64,000 nucleotides of DNA from Octopus sinensis (taxonomy: Eukaryota). How positions within the stretch are numbered: position 1 is the stretch's first letter; each line of letters opens with the position of its first letter. The stretch covers positions 56,606,001-56,670,000 of the forward strand of contig NC_043000.1 of the NCBI RefSeq assembly GCF_006345805.1, written 5' to 3'. This document shows positions 14,241 through 27,960 of the stretch, one piece after another. Made by a program: the position numbers and the translations under genes. Below the pieces are notes generated by a model that was given only the letters and a program-made list of their open reading frames with translations, was not told where the DNA came from and made no database searches.

Positions 14241-14627
14241 TTATTATTATAATTATTATTATTATTATTATTATATTATTATTATTATCATTATTATTAT
14301 TATCATTATTATTATTATTATTATTGTGTGTGTATGAGTATGTTTGTTTCTTTCGTATGCCTTTAAATGTAGAGACAACTGCAATACATACTTTGAAAAA
14401 AAAAAACTTTCACTATAATAACAGGTTGTTGTCACTGTTGATGTTGATGAGAAAGAAATTCAATGAGAGAGAGACAGAGTGTATGAGTGTGTGTGTAAAA
14501 GATAGAATTAAATTTTTGTTTCAAGAAAAAAACAGGTTATTGTTGTTGAGAGAGATATACAGCGCCAGTGAGAGAAAGCATGATTGATTTGATTTGATTG
14601 ATTGATTGATTAATAGATTGATAGATT

Positions 14628-14662
<35 letters not shown>

Positions 14663-15394
14663 TTCTCTATTGGCTATGCAGGGATGAACACAGAAGGGAC
14701 AAAATACAAAGTAGAGCTTTTCTTTTTGGAAAGAGAAGGAAAAAATAAAAAATAACAAAAAAGAAGAAAAAGTGGGTCGAATTCTAATCAAAAGAGATTG
14801 TGAAGAAAAAATATGATGGATGGATGGATGGATGGGTGGATGGGATTGATGGATGGATAGGTAGTTAGACTGTTGTCACCATAGTAACTAACAAGACTTT
14901 CATGATATAATAGTCCACTATTAAAAGAAGGTATAGGCATGATAAACAAATATTTTTACCAGCAGTGTAGTGACAAGAAAAGACGTAGCAATATTATAAC
15001 ACTATACACAGACTCTTACATAATTGGCAACCAATACAATAACACATCCCTTATGTCATTAACAACTCATAAATTCTAATACAGCAATCTAACACAAACC
15101 ACATGGCATAAACTCTACATCAATCACCAACCAGCATTAGAAACTGCATATCACATAACACATCTCCAACTGCACAAACGAAACATAACTACTAACCAAC
15201 GAACCAACCAGCTAACCAGCCAACCGACAAAGCAACACTGAAATAACACTGGAAACATCCCCAAAACGAACATTATAACAAAGCGCAGTAAATGCAACAT
15301 AACAAATCGCAATTCTGCACCAATAAAAGACTATGTTGCATATACCTTAAGGAACACAGAGGGCATCGTAAAAACACATAAAACTGTTGAAATC

Positions 15395-15690
15395 ATCAGC
15401 ATCATCATCATCATCATCATCATCACTGTAGTGGCGGCAGCAGCGGTGGTGACAACAATGGCTATGGTGGCAGGAGGGGGGAGGGGAAGAGGAAGATGTA
15501 GATGAGGGGGGAGGAGGAAGAAGAAGAAGAGGGAGAGGGGAGGAGGAGGAGGAAGAAGAAGATGGGGAGGGGGGAAGAAGAAGAGAAGAAGAAGAGGGGG
15601 AGGAAGAGGAAGAAGAAGAAGAAGAAGAAGAAGAAGAGGAGGAGGAGGTGGAGGACAGCAATGACAACAAGAAGGAAAAGGACGAGGAGG
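15395..15690 (+). repeat. Compound (CAT)n/(GAA)n/(GAG)n low-complexity tract
   Basis: Direct inspection. Confidence 0.9.
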
Positions 15691-16883
15691 TAAGAGCTCC
15701 CCCCCCCCCCGAGGCTGAATACAGCATCACAGAAAAATCTCAGATCTTATCTCTGGGCTGAATGCTGAAATGCTATAAGAAGACAAAGAAAAAACAAAAC
15801 AAAAAAAAAATTCTAATAACCATCTTCATTTCCAAAAGCAAAATTAACAATTTATTTTACATCTTCCTTGCCTTTATTAAGCACAAAATGTGCTGTTTAC
15901 AATAACAAATAACAACATGTGATAGTAGCAAACATGTAATATGGAAAAGCTGGATCAAAGAACAACATATAGAAATGTTACACATATTACTACACAGTGA
16001 TAATATAACCATTGCACACTAGCGTCATATAAGCAATGACTGAGGTTTAGAGAAGGAAAACAAAAATGTAAGGTGGCATGAAAAACTGAAATACATTAGC
16101 AAATGTAATACAGCTATCACTCATAAATGAGTGTGACTTGATGTGTGTGACTTGATGTTAGCATGTTCTGTGTCTTCTGTGAAGTGTTTTTCTAGGTGGT
16201 TCATGTCGTTGCGAACATGGACATCCTCTTAACAGCTTCCGTTTCTTGGAGACAGAGACAGAGAGAGAGGGAGAGAAAGGGTGACAGACAGACAGACAGA
16301 CAGAGACACAGAGAGACAAAGTGACAGACATGCAAACAGACACATGCGGACAAACAAATGCATACGCAGAGATGCAGACACACATACAGACAGACAGACA
16401 CACACACACACACACACATGCAGATAGACAGACACATGCAGACAGACACACATGTAAACAGACTGACATGCTGACGCACAGGCACACAGACAGATACGCA
16501 GGCAGACAGACACACAGAAAGACAAACAGACACATACACACGGACCTGAGTAGAAATAGAGAAACAGGGGGTTAAACATAGAGAGGACAAACAAGGACAG
16601 ACAAAGGCATCACATGAAAGTGTTCATGTGACATTATATATTGGCATCCATGTGGTATCACATAAAAGCACCTGTGCAGTGCCGTATAAAAGCACCCATG
16701 TGGTGCCATGTAAAAGCATTCATCACACTCTGTAAAGTGATTGGTGTTAGGAAGGGCATCCAACTGTAGAAACAATGCTAAAATCAGACTGGAGCCTGGT
16801 GCTTACCCCACCAGCTTGCCAGCGGGGCTGCACACCATCACACCATCCAAGCCATGCTAGCATGGACAACGGACATTAAATGG

Positions 16884-16920
<37 letters not shown>

Positions 16921-17079
16921 ATAGGACCACCCATAACACTTATTTTCAAAGATTTTACATGATCATCACAATTTGATATGTAATCTAACAGGAAAGGGTG
17001 GACCTTCCCTCTAGAATTTAGAAAATACTCACTGAATGAGCAGACACCTGATTTGAACAATCTCTACATACTAGCGTAA

Positions 17080-17291
17080 CCCTTTAGCATTCAGGTTATT
17101 CTGTCAAATATAATGCTTTTTCATTCACATTGTTTTTAATTAAGCATACATTACTTTGTAGTTTCGAAATTTTGATGATATGACTGTAAATCTTAAAGCA
17201 GCATTGAAGGGTAAGTATGAGAGGCTGGATCTGGCTAGTAAGAACATGTAGCATATTTGAGCTGGGTATGGCCTGTTTAAATGCTAATGGG
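17080..17291. mobile_element. piggyBac-like MITE
   Basis: CCCTTTAGCATT ... AATGCTAATGGG|TTAA. Confidence 0.75.
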
Positions 17292-17799
17292 TTAACAAAT
17301 CTGATTAGCAAAAGAAAAAAAAAATTCTTCTGAGACTTCTTAATTTATCATATAGCTGAACACCACCACATTGTCCCCTAACGAGCTTAGCAGAGTTCAC
17401 TTGGTTTTAAGCACGTGGGCAAGGTTTGCATTTTGTGGATAATTTAGTATATCAATGCGCTGTTTCCTAATACAGAACACATTAAACTGCAGTTTCTTTT
17501 CTTTCTCTTAGTCAGTTTCAGAGGAGTTGGAACAAAACAGTCATGGGCACTGCTTTTCCTCTTCTGACTTTTTCCCTTACAGCCATTGTGGCAGGGCCTG
17601 CTTGTCCTATATATTAGCCTTGTCAACCACCAGTGTGCTGGCAGTCAACAAGGGCAGCCCCTTTCATAAATCTTCCTACGCAAAGCTAAGCCATCAGATT
17701 ATGATTTGTCTACAACACGTTTGCATCAAGGAAACACATATATGAACGCATCATCATTATCATCATCATCATCATCATCATCAATAAAAAGGAAAAATA

Positions 17800-17960
17800 A
17801 AACACTTGAAGAAATGTCTTAACTGTCATTAAGGTCACAGTCATGATCAAAGCTGCTGACAGAAATATCAGCAATCTAAGAATTCAAGAGGTTATCTTCA
17901 TCAAACGCCATAAAACAGAACTTAATATCAACCAAAAGCTGTGTAACTTTCATTGGTTGA
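17800..17960 (+). mobile_element. Penelope-like GIY-YIG C-terminal remnant
   Basis: HLKKC ... RNISNLRIQEVIFIKRHKTELNINQ resembles the PLE endonuclease end (x-EALFIK-x-P-x-LN). Confidence 0.45.
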
Positions 17961-18811
17961 TTTGAACTTGATGTTTACAACTCAGTGTATGTCATAATAG
18001 CTTTCTTTTCTTTTGTGCTGTCTATTATTACAGTTTGTTTCCCAATGATATTGTATTTGTGATTAGGGCCTTTTATAACTGAAATATCAAATAAAATTTC
18101 TTTTATTCATTTTCTAACATTGTTTTGGATTTGCACTATAATATATCTCCTTACATTTATTTAACAATGCTTCAACCAAATTACCATATTTTATTTAAAT
18201 TTGTTTTTGTTCTTTTTCTCTGGGGGTTTTTTTTTATTTCTTCCTTCTGCAATTATTTTTTCCCCATCTTTTCATTGTAGTTGTCTTTTGCTTGAAATGT
18301 CAAACTGATGCAACTGAAATGTTTTTTTTAGACTAAAACTAGAGTAGGTCGAGACTGAATCAAAGAGAAAACAACAACAAAATTCTTTAAACTGTAATTG
18401 AATAAGATGCCCAAATATTTCTAATAAATTGTTGTTGAGATCTACACTGATCCTGATGGTGCAAACCTATTATCAAAAGCATACCAGCCAGGACCATCCC
18501 ATTTTGTTGGACAGGTGATTCAGATATAGTATATCTAGGACAACATTATTTAATGGGTTCTTCCTTTTTTTTTTTAAGATGACAGGATGTGATTAGTTTG
18601 TTATTTAGGCCTAGGTATAATGATGTGGTTAAGAAGTTCACTGGGCAACATTATGATCTTGGTTTTGGTTTGCTATGGGAAAGAATATTCTACTGTAGAG
18701 TCAAGTCAACGAATGAGTTGCAAATGAAGTTACTTGATGGCAAATAAAATTATTGTCTGTCTCTATGACTGACTTTGCATTAACACCATTTGAAAGATTC
18801 AATGTCTGTAT

Positions 18812-18839
18812 GTCGTCATCGTCGTCGTCATCCTCATCG

Positions 18840-18883
<44 letters not shown>

Positions 18884-19285
18884 GTTTAACATCCGCTTTC
18901 CATGCTAGCATGGGTTGGACGATTTGATTGAGGGTTGGTGAACCAGATGGCTGCACCAGGCTTCAATCTTGATCTGGCAGAGTTTCTACAGCTGGATGCC
19001 CTTCATAACGCCAACCACTCCAAGAGTGTAGTGGGTGCTTTTTACATGCCACCGGCACAGAGCCAGTCAGGCGCTACTGGCAACGACCTCGCTCAAATCT
19101 TTTACACATGCCACTGGCACAGGTGCCAGTAAGGCGATGCTGGTAACGATCACACTCGAATGGTGTCTTTTACGTGCCACCAGCACAGAGGCCAGATAGC
19201 TGCTCTGGCAATGATCATGCTCAGATGGTGCTCTTGACACCCTACTAGAACGGGGCTCGAGAGCCAGTAAGGCGACGCCATATAT
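18812..19285 (-). mobile_element. SINE-like family D with (GAT)n tail and internal tandem sub-repeats
   Basis: CCCATGCTAGCATGGAAAGCGGATGTTAAACGATGATGAT 3' end; relatives at 16605-16920 (+), 32510-32935 (-), 41965-42210 (+), 49917-50095 (-), 51205-51365 (+). Confidence 0.8.
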
Positions 19286-19794
19286 CTTAGCAATTAGCAA
19301 TGCAATGAAATGAGGAGGCTAAAATAGAAAATAAGTACTAGGGTGGATATGACTGACCACAACTTTTCACAGCAGTGCTCCAACATGGTTACAGTTCAGT
19401 GACTAAAACAAGTAACTGAACAAATAAATTCTAGGAGACTAAACTGGAAAGAGATGCTTCTGTTGGTTCAATTTTCCTGTAAGTTTGTATTATTGTGAAA
19501 AGGGAGATTCTTTTAGATTTTTAAATCATCTTCTCTAGACCAAGGAGAAGGTAGAGGTAAACCTGGACATCCCTGTGACTCAGCTTTACTTTAGATCTGG
19601 TTGAAAAGATACATTAAATATAATTTGGGTTAACAACATAGAAAAAGGAAGAACATTCCTACTGCAGTAGTCTCTTCAACTGACACAGAAGACTGGTATA
19701 GCTGAGGAACTTCATAGATAACCATTTTGCTATTATATTTCTACTGAGGCCAATGTGATCAACTTACCTCCTTCTCCAAAACTACTGGCCTTGT

Positions 19795-20130
19795 GCCAAA
19801 AATTGAAGCATTGTGTACAACTCATTGCCTTGTCACTGTAAGCTTGCTGAAACATGTTCAATGTCTCTGTAGCAGACTTCCCAAGTTTAACTCAAAATTT
19901 CATGTTGCCTTTTTTTCTTTCAGCTTCCTGTCCATGACAAAAATCACAGACTACAGCATACATGTGATCACAAAAACACAAATTCCACAATTTGCAAAGA
20001 AAAAACAGTGATGTCACTTGGCACACTGCCTCATGAAGGTCACTGCTATCCTTCACTGTGCATACAACCATATGCTGCATCTGTTGGTACACTACAGAAC
20101 TAGTACAGGAACTTTCTGATACTCCTCCCT
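19795..20130 (-). mobile_element. 5' fragment of a mariner-family DNA transposon
   Basis: TIR-like GAGGAGTATCAGAAAGTTCCTGTACTAG at the high end; ATG at 19935 gives MDRKL..(frameshift)..KF*VKLGKSATETLNMFQQAYSDKAMSCTQCF, a mariner transposase N-terminus. Confidence 0.8.
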
Positions 20131-20948
20131 TGCCCTCAGAATTTTGAAGGTTTTTTTTTAAATTTAGATCACTTAAAAACAAGAAGTTTGTATCATAGAA
20201 CAAGGGGCGATCCTGGATAGGTTGGTGTGAAAAGAAATAACTCTGCCAGCATTTGTGTTAGCTTACAACAGGAAAACTTAACTTCTGAAAATTTAAAAGT
20301 GATAAAACAAAATTAGGAATACCAGCTCATAAACAGTGTGAAAATGGAGATTGCATACCACAAAGGGACAAAGAATAAATAATAACAGAACAATTACACA
20401 ATGGAAGTATCATGATCACCATTTAAAACACACACATATACCATTATGCTCATTTCTGTTTTCTTTTGTAATAATATTATATTGTATCAAGTGTCAAAAG
20501 ATATTGTCATACATCTACAACCTGGTCACTGACACTATTACACTGTATTCTTTGATGCTTAATAGTCTATAATGCTCTTACAGAATAAAACAAACATGAA
20601 TATAATAGTATAAATGACAATAGCTACTATGATATTATCAAGATACTTTAGTTCAATGCACTAACACATACACATAATACACACATGCACAGAGTATATA
20701 CACACACATACACACACATAGAAAAGCAGACAGAAAGAGATATATGTTTGAAGATTCTCAACTGAGATGAAACCATTGGTTAAAATGAAGCATTTAACTG
20801 TCCAATTACTTCAATGAAATTCTTACTCCACAATTAAACTGATTTGGTTTCTCTCAATCATAGAATAGAATTGAGTTCAACATACCTACTATACATACAT
20901 ATGTATATACATATATATAACTATATATATATAAGCATATAGATGTAT

Positions 20949-21014
<66 letters not shown>

Positions 21015-21059
21015 TAAATATGTATATATGTATGTGTATGTGCATATATATATATATAT

Positions 21060-21285
21060 TAAAGGATACAGGTATGGAGACTTATATGCAGAACTTTAAG
21101 TTTCAGTGTCAATATTTCGATGATTGTTCCACATCTTCAGTGGTTCAAGTCCAGTTCACTATTGATGTCCAGAAACTTAAAATCCTGATAGAAGTTTCCA
21201 TACTTGCATCATTTCAAAAATATAATCGTCCATTCCCAATGATATTGAAGTCTACTCCTTTTGTCATCACAAATGGTTTGTGTGG

Positions 21286-21290
<5 letters not shown>
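21060..21290 (-). mobile_element. Penelope-like remnant between microsatellites
   Basis: Minus strand CTGAAGATG..CATCGAAATAT motif; bounded by (TA)n and (CA)n. Confidence 0.4.
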
Positions 21291-21337
<47 letters not shown>

Positions 21338-21354
21338 TATCATTATTGTTTTCA

Positions 21355-21554
21355 GCCTTTAGCATTCAGATTACTTTATCAAATTTTATTTATTCACAAC
21401 ATTTGAATTAATCTTGCATTGTCTTGTAGCTATGATAATTATCTAATTTTGAAATGACATTGTAGGGGAGGTGTGAGAAGCCAGTTCTAGCTATTATGAA
21501 CATAAAACATGTAGAGTATTTGGGCCGGATATGGCCAGTTTCAATGCTTAAGGG
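21355..21554. mobile_element. piggyBac-like MITE
   Basis: GCCTTTAGCATT ... AATGCTTAAGGG|TTAA; internal match to the other copies. Confidence 0.7.
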
Positions 21555-22046
21555 TTAATGTACATTTTTCCATGTTCGCATAGCTTGGACAGAGTTTACT
21601 GAAGCAGATTTTTCTGTCACATGCCCATCCTGTCTTCAATTTGCACCCATTTCCAAATAAGGTAATATTTCTCATTGCCAAACATGTTTGAGCAGAATAT
21701 AGGGAATAGTGACACATGATAGGTTTCTTTCAGGTTCCATTTACCAAATCAACTTAAAAGACTGTTGTTGGCCCAGGGTTAGAGTAGAAGGTGTCAGGCA
21801 GTGGGAGTGAACCAAACGCATGCTGTTGAGAAGCAAACATCTTATTCACATGCCAATGTCTGCACTTGTATGTGTCTGTGTGCACGGGTTTGGGCATCTG
21901 TGTGTATAGATAGATATACAAATGTGTGTGAGTGTGAGATTGGCATATATATGTGTATACACATACACAGACATGCACATGCCTATGAAGGCAGGGAGCT
22001 GGCAAAATAGTTAGCATGCCAGGCAAAGTGTTTACTACCATATTAG

Positions 22047-22352
22047 TAGAGGCACATGGCCTAATGGTTAGAGCAGCAGACTCGCAGTCAAGGGAACCCG
22101 GGTTCGAATCTCAGACTGGGTGATGTGTGTGTTTATGAGCAAAACACCTAAGCTCCACGCAGTTCTGGCAGAAAGTAACGGTGAACTTCTGCTGGCTCTT
22201 TCGCCACAACATTCTCTGACTCTTTCCTCCTGCATCTTGCAGCTCACCTGCGACAGACTGGCATCCCATCTAGGTGGGGAACCTATATGCCAAGGAAACT
22301 AGGAAACTGGAAAACTGGCCCTTATGAGCCAGGCATGGCTCAAGAAGGAAAC
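22047..22352 (+). mobile_element. tRNA-derived SINE, family A
   Basis: GGCCTAATGGTTAGAGCAGCAGACTCGCAGTC..GGTTCGAATC head; same subfamily inverted at 32200-32510. Confidence 0.8.
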
Positions 22353-23214
22353 ACACCTATGATGATGATGATATACCAATAACACATATACTGCCTCTCA
22401 AAACACTTCATAGTAACTTGTCATTTTTTTTTTGCAGTTGTTTTTGTTCTACATTCTCTCCCCCACCTCAACCCCTTCCCCTCCCCCTTTCACACACACA
22501 CACACACACACACACCTCCTCCTGCTTTTTATCATTTTGCACATTTTTTACACAGGCTCAAGGACAGAGAAATTTCAAGAGGGGAGAAAACAGATAACTG
22601 TATTGACCACCATCGCCACCCTTTATCCACTCCACTCCACCCCACACCATCATACCCCGCCACTCACTCCCTAGTACTTGACTGGTATTTATTTTGATGA
22701 CCACCCCCACCTGCAGAAAGATGAAAGGTTAAAAAAAGAAAATCTACCTTAGCAGGATTTATATTCAGAATGTAAATGGCCATAACTAAATACTTCCAGG
22801 CAATTTGTCCAATGCGCTAACGAGTCCACCTACCCCTAACCCCACCCCCACCCCACCCTATCAGTTCTCTCCTAATATTAACATTTTCATATTTAGCAGT
22901 GAAGATGTTAAAGTTCAAAATTCTTATATCAAGTGATTTTTACATACAATTCACATACGCATTTACATACATGCACACACACACAGACACACACATATAC
23001 ATACACATACGCATGCACACACACAAACATACACACACACGTGTATACACATATATGACACTTCTGAACTATTTCTTTCGTATACTTTCTTGAAACAGAA
23101 CTACTATAGCATATAGTAATTTGATGGCACAAGAATATATATATATAATATATATATAATATATATAACATATATATAACACATATATACATATATACAT
23201 ATATATATATATAT

Positions 23215-23248
<34 letters not shown>

Positions 23249-23265
23249 CATATATATATATATAC

Positions 23266-23317
<52 letters not shown>

Positions 23318-24833
23318 CATATATACATACACATATATATATATATATATATATGTACCCATACACACATACATATACATACATGCACACATACACGAAC
23401 ACATGAATACATGCATACGTATATGCACACAAACATATACGTAAGTGATAGATTCTCGAAAGAACTTTCCTAATGAAAGCCAGTAAACCATTATCTTATT
23501 CCTATGTGATTGAGAAAAAGGGTGGAGAAATTCTGATATTAATGTTTGCAATGTATTAAATTTCGGTAACTGCTTTGATACACTGCAGTGTTCATAACTA
23601 ATGACCACAACTCTATATCAAAAGAAACCGTCTTTACATTCCACTTAATATACTTCTCCTAATTCTTCAGATATAGAAGTTCTTGTATCTTAAGTATGAA
23701 GTAATAGTTAGTTCTTTAGAAATATTCTCTAACTCGGAAATCGTATAACATTACACCTTGAGAACTGAACATATTATGGACTTCAAAAGAATAAACAATA
23801 TTTGAAGTGTTGAATTATAATCTAAATGTTCTTCAGCAGTTGTTTTTGGTTTTATTTTTATTCTTCCTTTTTTTTTTCTTTTTACTTTCTTTTCTTTTAT
23901 TTTTTCTTTTATTTTATTTTTCTTATGTTTTTCATGTATGTATGCACTTCTTGGTGTTTGGTAGAATGTTAAAGCCATTCGACTCACTTCTCATCTGGCA
24001 ATTTAAGATTAATAATGATAGTCGTGCTGAATGCTTGCTTTCCCTTCAGGGATATCAAGTAGTCATCTTCCTCTCCCAGAGGGGATATACAATTCCCACT
24101 CCCATTATAGAAGAAAAACACATCTAAAGTTCATTGGTCTATACCATCATCTTTCCTATTTAACAGCAAAAGCAGTGGGCAGAGGAAGAGGAAGGTACAA
24201 GGAGGCAGAGAGGAAGATAGGAGAAGGAAGAGAAAGGAGGAGGCAAAGCAAGAGGAATATAGAAGGAGGTAGAGCAAGAGGAAGGAAGGAGGGAGGAGAA
24301 ACTTGAAGAATCATTTTATCAATTCCAGAAGGATGAAAAGCAAAGCTAACTGTGATTGGATTTGAACTCCAAACATAACTAAACACTGCAAGATATTTTA
24401 TCCAGCTCTGTACTGATTCTATCATCCATTGTAGTCTTTAGTAAAAATATTTTTGCTTTTATTTTTCTAGTTTAATACTTGTTGGTTTCTTTCATGAATA
24501 ATCTTTTATAGTAATAGTAGTTGTAAGGAGTAAATTAAATTATCATCATTCATTCAATGCTTTAGCATCCATTTCTCCATACTTACATGAACTAGACAGA
24601 ATGAATTGAAGCAGATTTACTACAGTCAGATGCACTTCCTGTCACTAACACTCAACAGTTTCCAAATCAAGGTAATATTTTCCCATGGCTAAACTTGTTT
24701 TCATGGAAGAATGGAAATGAGTGACACCACTTAGGACAGCAACTAATGCTCATTTACAACTTTCATGTAATGGCAAGACAAGGGGACACAAACACATACA
24801 CACACAGAAATATATAAAAATATACATATATGT

Positions 24834-24895
<62 letters not shown>

Positions 24896-24898
<3 letters not shown>

Positions 24899-25138
24899 GG
24901 TTGGCCAAAAGTGACTTGACAGTAAATCAAAACGATTTAATTCCAAGATTTATTTATGTTTAACAACTGAATAAATTTAATAAAAGTATCTAAATATGAA
25001 ACATAATGAAAACTGTTCAAACTGAAGTCTTCCTGAGTGGCACATTTTCCCATTCGAGTCAATACAGAATTACAGATAGTAGATAGTATTTATGGAATTT
25101 TGATTTACTGTCAGGTTACTGACATTCAGCCAACCCTG
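24896..25138. mobile_element. Tc1/mariner-type MITE, copy 1
   Basis: TA|CAGGGTTGGC ... GCCAACCCTG|TA inside a (TA)n tract; second copy at 53289. Confidence 0.85.
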
Positions 25139-25159
25139 TATATGTGTATGTATGCATAT

Positions 25160-25239
<80 letters not shown>

Positions 25240-25250
25240 TATTTATATAA

Positions 25251-25319
<69 letters not shown>

Positions 25320-25320
25320 G

Positions 25321-25625
25321 TGGAGGCGCAATGGCCCAGTGGTTAGGGCAGCGGACTCGCGGTCATAGGATCACGGTTTCGATTCCTAGACTAGGCATTG
25401 TGAGTGTTTATGAGCGAAAACACCTAAAGCTCCACGAGGCTCCGGCAGGGGGTGGTGGCAATCCCTGCTGTACTCTTTCGCCGCAACTTTCTCTCACTCT
25501 TTCTTCTGTCGGCCTGCTCACTTAGCCAGCGGGGGTGGCATCATTTAAAGGCTAAAACAATGCGAAACGCATTGTGACCAGCAATGTGTAGCAACATCTG
25601 ATAGCCTGGTCGGTCAGTGATCACA
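25321..25625 (+). mobile_element. tRNA-derived SINE, family A (tRNA-Arg-like head)
   Basis: GGCCCAGTGGTTAGGGCAGCGGACTCGCGGTC..GGTTTCGATTCC followed by a non-tRNA body; relatives at 1172-1459 (-), 4992-5225 (+), 56040-56300 (-). Confidence 0.8.
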
Positions 25626-25695
25626 GTGATATATATATATGTATATATATGTATATATATACATATATATATGTATATATATCTGTATATATATA

Positions 25696-25770
<75 letters not shown>

Positions 25771-26131
25771 GTGACACATAATAATGCCCGTGTGGTGCTA
25801 CATACAAACACCTATTTGCTACATACATATATATAGATTTATAAATATATATATATATATTTGCTACATATATATATATATATATTCATCATCATCATCA
25901 TCCAAATTGAGGGAATGAAGCAGATAAAATCCAGGCTACATATGTTTCCTAGCTACCAGATCCTCAGGAGTAATAATTACTCAACAAGAGGTACACCACT
26001 AACTACTAACACCTAGACCTAGATCCTTGGACTTTACAATTACATAACATTCTACATATATATATATACACAGACACACACACACACACAATCGTACAAA
26101 TGTACGTATGTATGTATGTATGCATGTATGT

Positions 26132-26684
26132 GTCAGGTCACTTTCGAGTGCTACTGGTAACATGTAACCCAGTACAACCTGTTGCATGGTTGGCTCATCG
26201 GCGACTAAACCGGCGACCTCACCAAGCTTGCTTGGTGAGGAGGGTGTTCATTGGACACCCTGCGGGATGAAAAACAAAACCCATCAAAGGGCGGAGGAAC
26301 TCTTGAGAGCCAACGGCCATCCAATAAATGTCTTAAGGCTATATCATGCACGGGGACATAGAAATAATCGGACTGAATAATCGATCATGCGGTTAAACCA
26401 TTGGGAGTGAAGGACTCCTAGCCTTTGCTAGGGCATCCTTCTAGGAGAAGGTAACTCAGGTAACTGGGATAACTCCAACATAAAACCTGCGGCTCAGAGG
26501 TTACCGATGATGTTGACTTGTTCTTCTTTTCGGATTATGGCTGCTGTTGCTTAGTGAGTGGGATTGACTCAGTGCACAGCCTTTACTCACTTTTAAAAAA
26601 ATCTTCTTGCACAGGCATTGCACGATAACAACATTGATTAAACTCCGTGCAATGGCCATACTCAATAACGAGGGGGCAGCCACC
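26132..26684 (+). mobile_element. ~550-bp structured non-coding retroposon-like repeat, copy 1 (RTE 5'-UTR-like motif)
   Basis: High similarity to 46548-47041; both sit in (TATG)n; contains CTAGGAGAAGG-AACTC, which I recall from RTE 5' UTRs; many hairpins. Confidence 0.7.
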
Positions 26685-27139
26685 ATGTATGTATGTATAT
26701 GTGTGTGTGTGAGTGCAAGAGAAAGCAGCTGTAGTTCTGAGAAAAAAGAAAAAGAATTCAGTTATATGAAAATAATCTTGTATGTGTATTTGAACTCTAT
26801 TTTTTATCGAATAGTAAGGTATTATATTTCTATAAATCTTCCATCAAAATGAGATTCATATGACATTTTGCTTTTTTCTGCTTTAGATTATAATTTCTCA
26901 AAATATAAGAACTCTATTTTGTCAATACACACAATAGTATATTTTAGGGAACCATTGGGTGGGTCCACACTGTATATCATGATGGCAATTTGCATACTCA
27001 ATCCTGGATTTAAATTAGTTTTTCAGTCAAAAAATACAGAACTGAACAGGATGGAATTCACAGTGTGATTTACCAGGAAGATCTGCCAAATTATGAAAAT
27101 AGTTGACAGGTGATAAATTGTCACCAGCTATATTACAAA

Positions 27140-27401
27140 ATGAGTGTGTGTGTGTGTGTGTTGTTAGGTATAGATGCATGGATGCACATACACGGACATG
27201 TGTGCATGTATGTGTTTTTGATGCGTGTACCAGAGATGTGTATCTATAACAGAATGCACACTCACACTTACATGTGTTTGTGTGATTAAGTTTACATATA
27301 CACACAAAGATATATACACATGCACACGCAAACACACACATATATATATACACACACACATATATATATTTGTGTATATAATATATATATATATTATATA
27401 T

Positions 27402-27437
<36 letters not shown>

Positions 27438-27521
27438 AATACACACAAACTCATATATCTACATACACACAAATGTACACACACACATCAATGTGTGTGT
27501 GTATATCTATCTATCTATCTA

Positions 27522-27575
<54 letters not shown>

Positions 27576-27580
27576 TAGAT

Positions 27581-27645
<65 letters not shown>

Positions 27646-27766
27646 ACAGACACATATATACTAATACTATACATATATATGTGTGTGTACGTGTGCATGA
27701 TATGAAGAGTGTAAGTGTATGTGTGTGATAAGGAGAGTAAGTGTGTGTGTGTCTGTGTCTGTGTGA

Positions 27767-27802
<36 letters not shown>

Positions 27803-27960
27803 GTATATATATATACATATATGTGTGTGTGTGTGTGTGTATACACACATACACACACATGCTGGCACACAAATATATAAATATTTACATATATTTGCAC
27901 ACATATACAAAACACATACACAAACACATATAATAGATGCGTGTATGGGTGTATCTATGT
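27140..27960. repeat. Compound (TA)n/(CA)n/(TAGA)n microsatellite field; similar fields at 7150-7790, 22950-23440, 28180-29255, 34490-34740, 44510-44980
   Basis: Direct inspection; source of the YI/CV/TH-repeat ORFs in the track. Confidence 0.95.

Noticed and set aside
15347-15730. Poly-Ser/Glu/Lys ORFs and a GAG|GTAAGA donor at 15690
   Set aside because: Trinucleotide low-complexity tract; no matching acceptor with an open frame.
17340-17700. Minus-strand VPTPLKLTKR..CSV..HVL, possibly an RLE-LINE zinc-knuckle region
   Set aside because: Requires several frameshifts; too degenerate to support.
22047-25400. tRNA-Arg-like heads (22047-22120, 25321-25400) as tRNA genes
   Set aside because: No closing acceptor stem; each continues into a multi-copy SINE body.
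26186-26320. HDV-like or twister ribozyme in the structured repeat
   Set aside because: A P2-like helix and CAA exist, but no P3/L3 (UCCNCG) or P1 sits at the required spacing; the twister L4 motif is absent.
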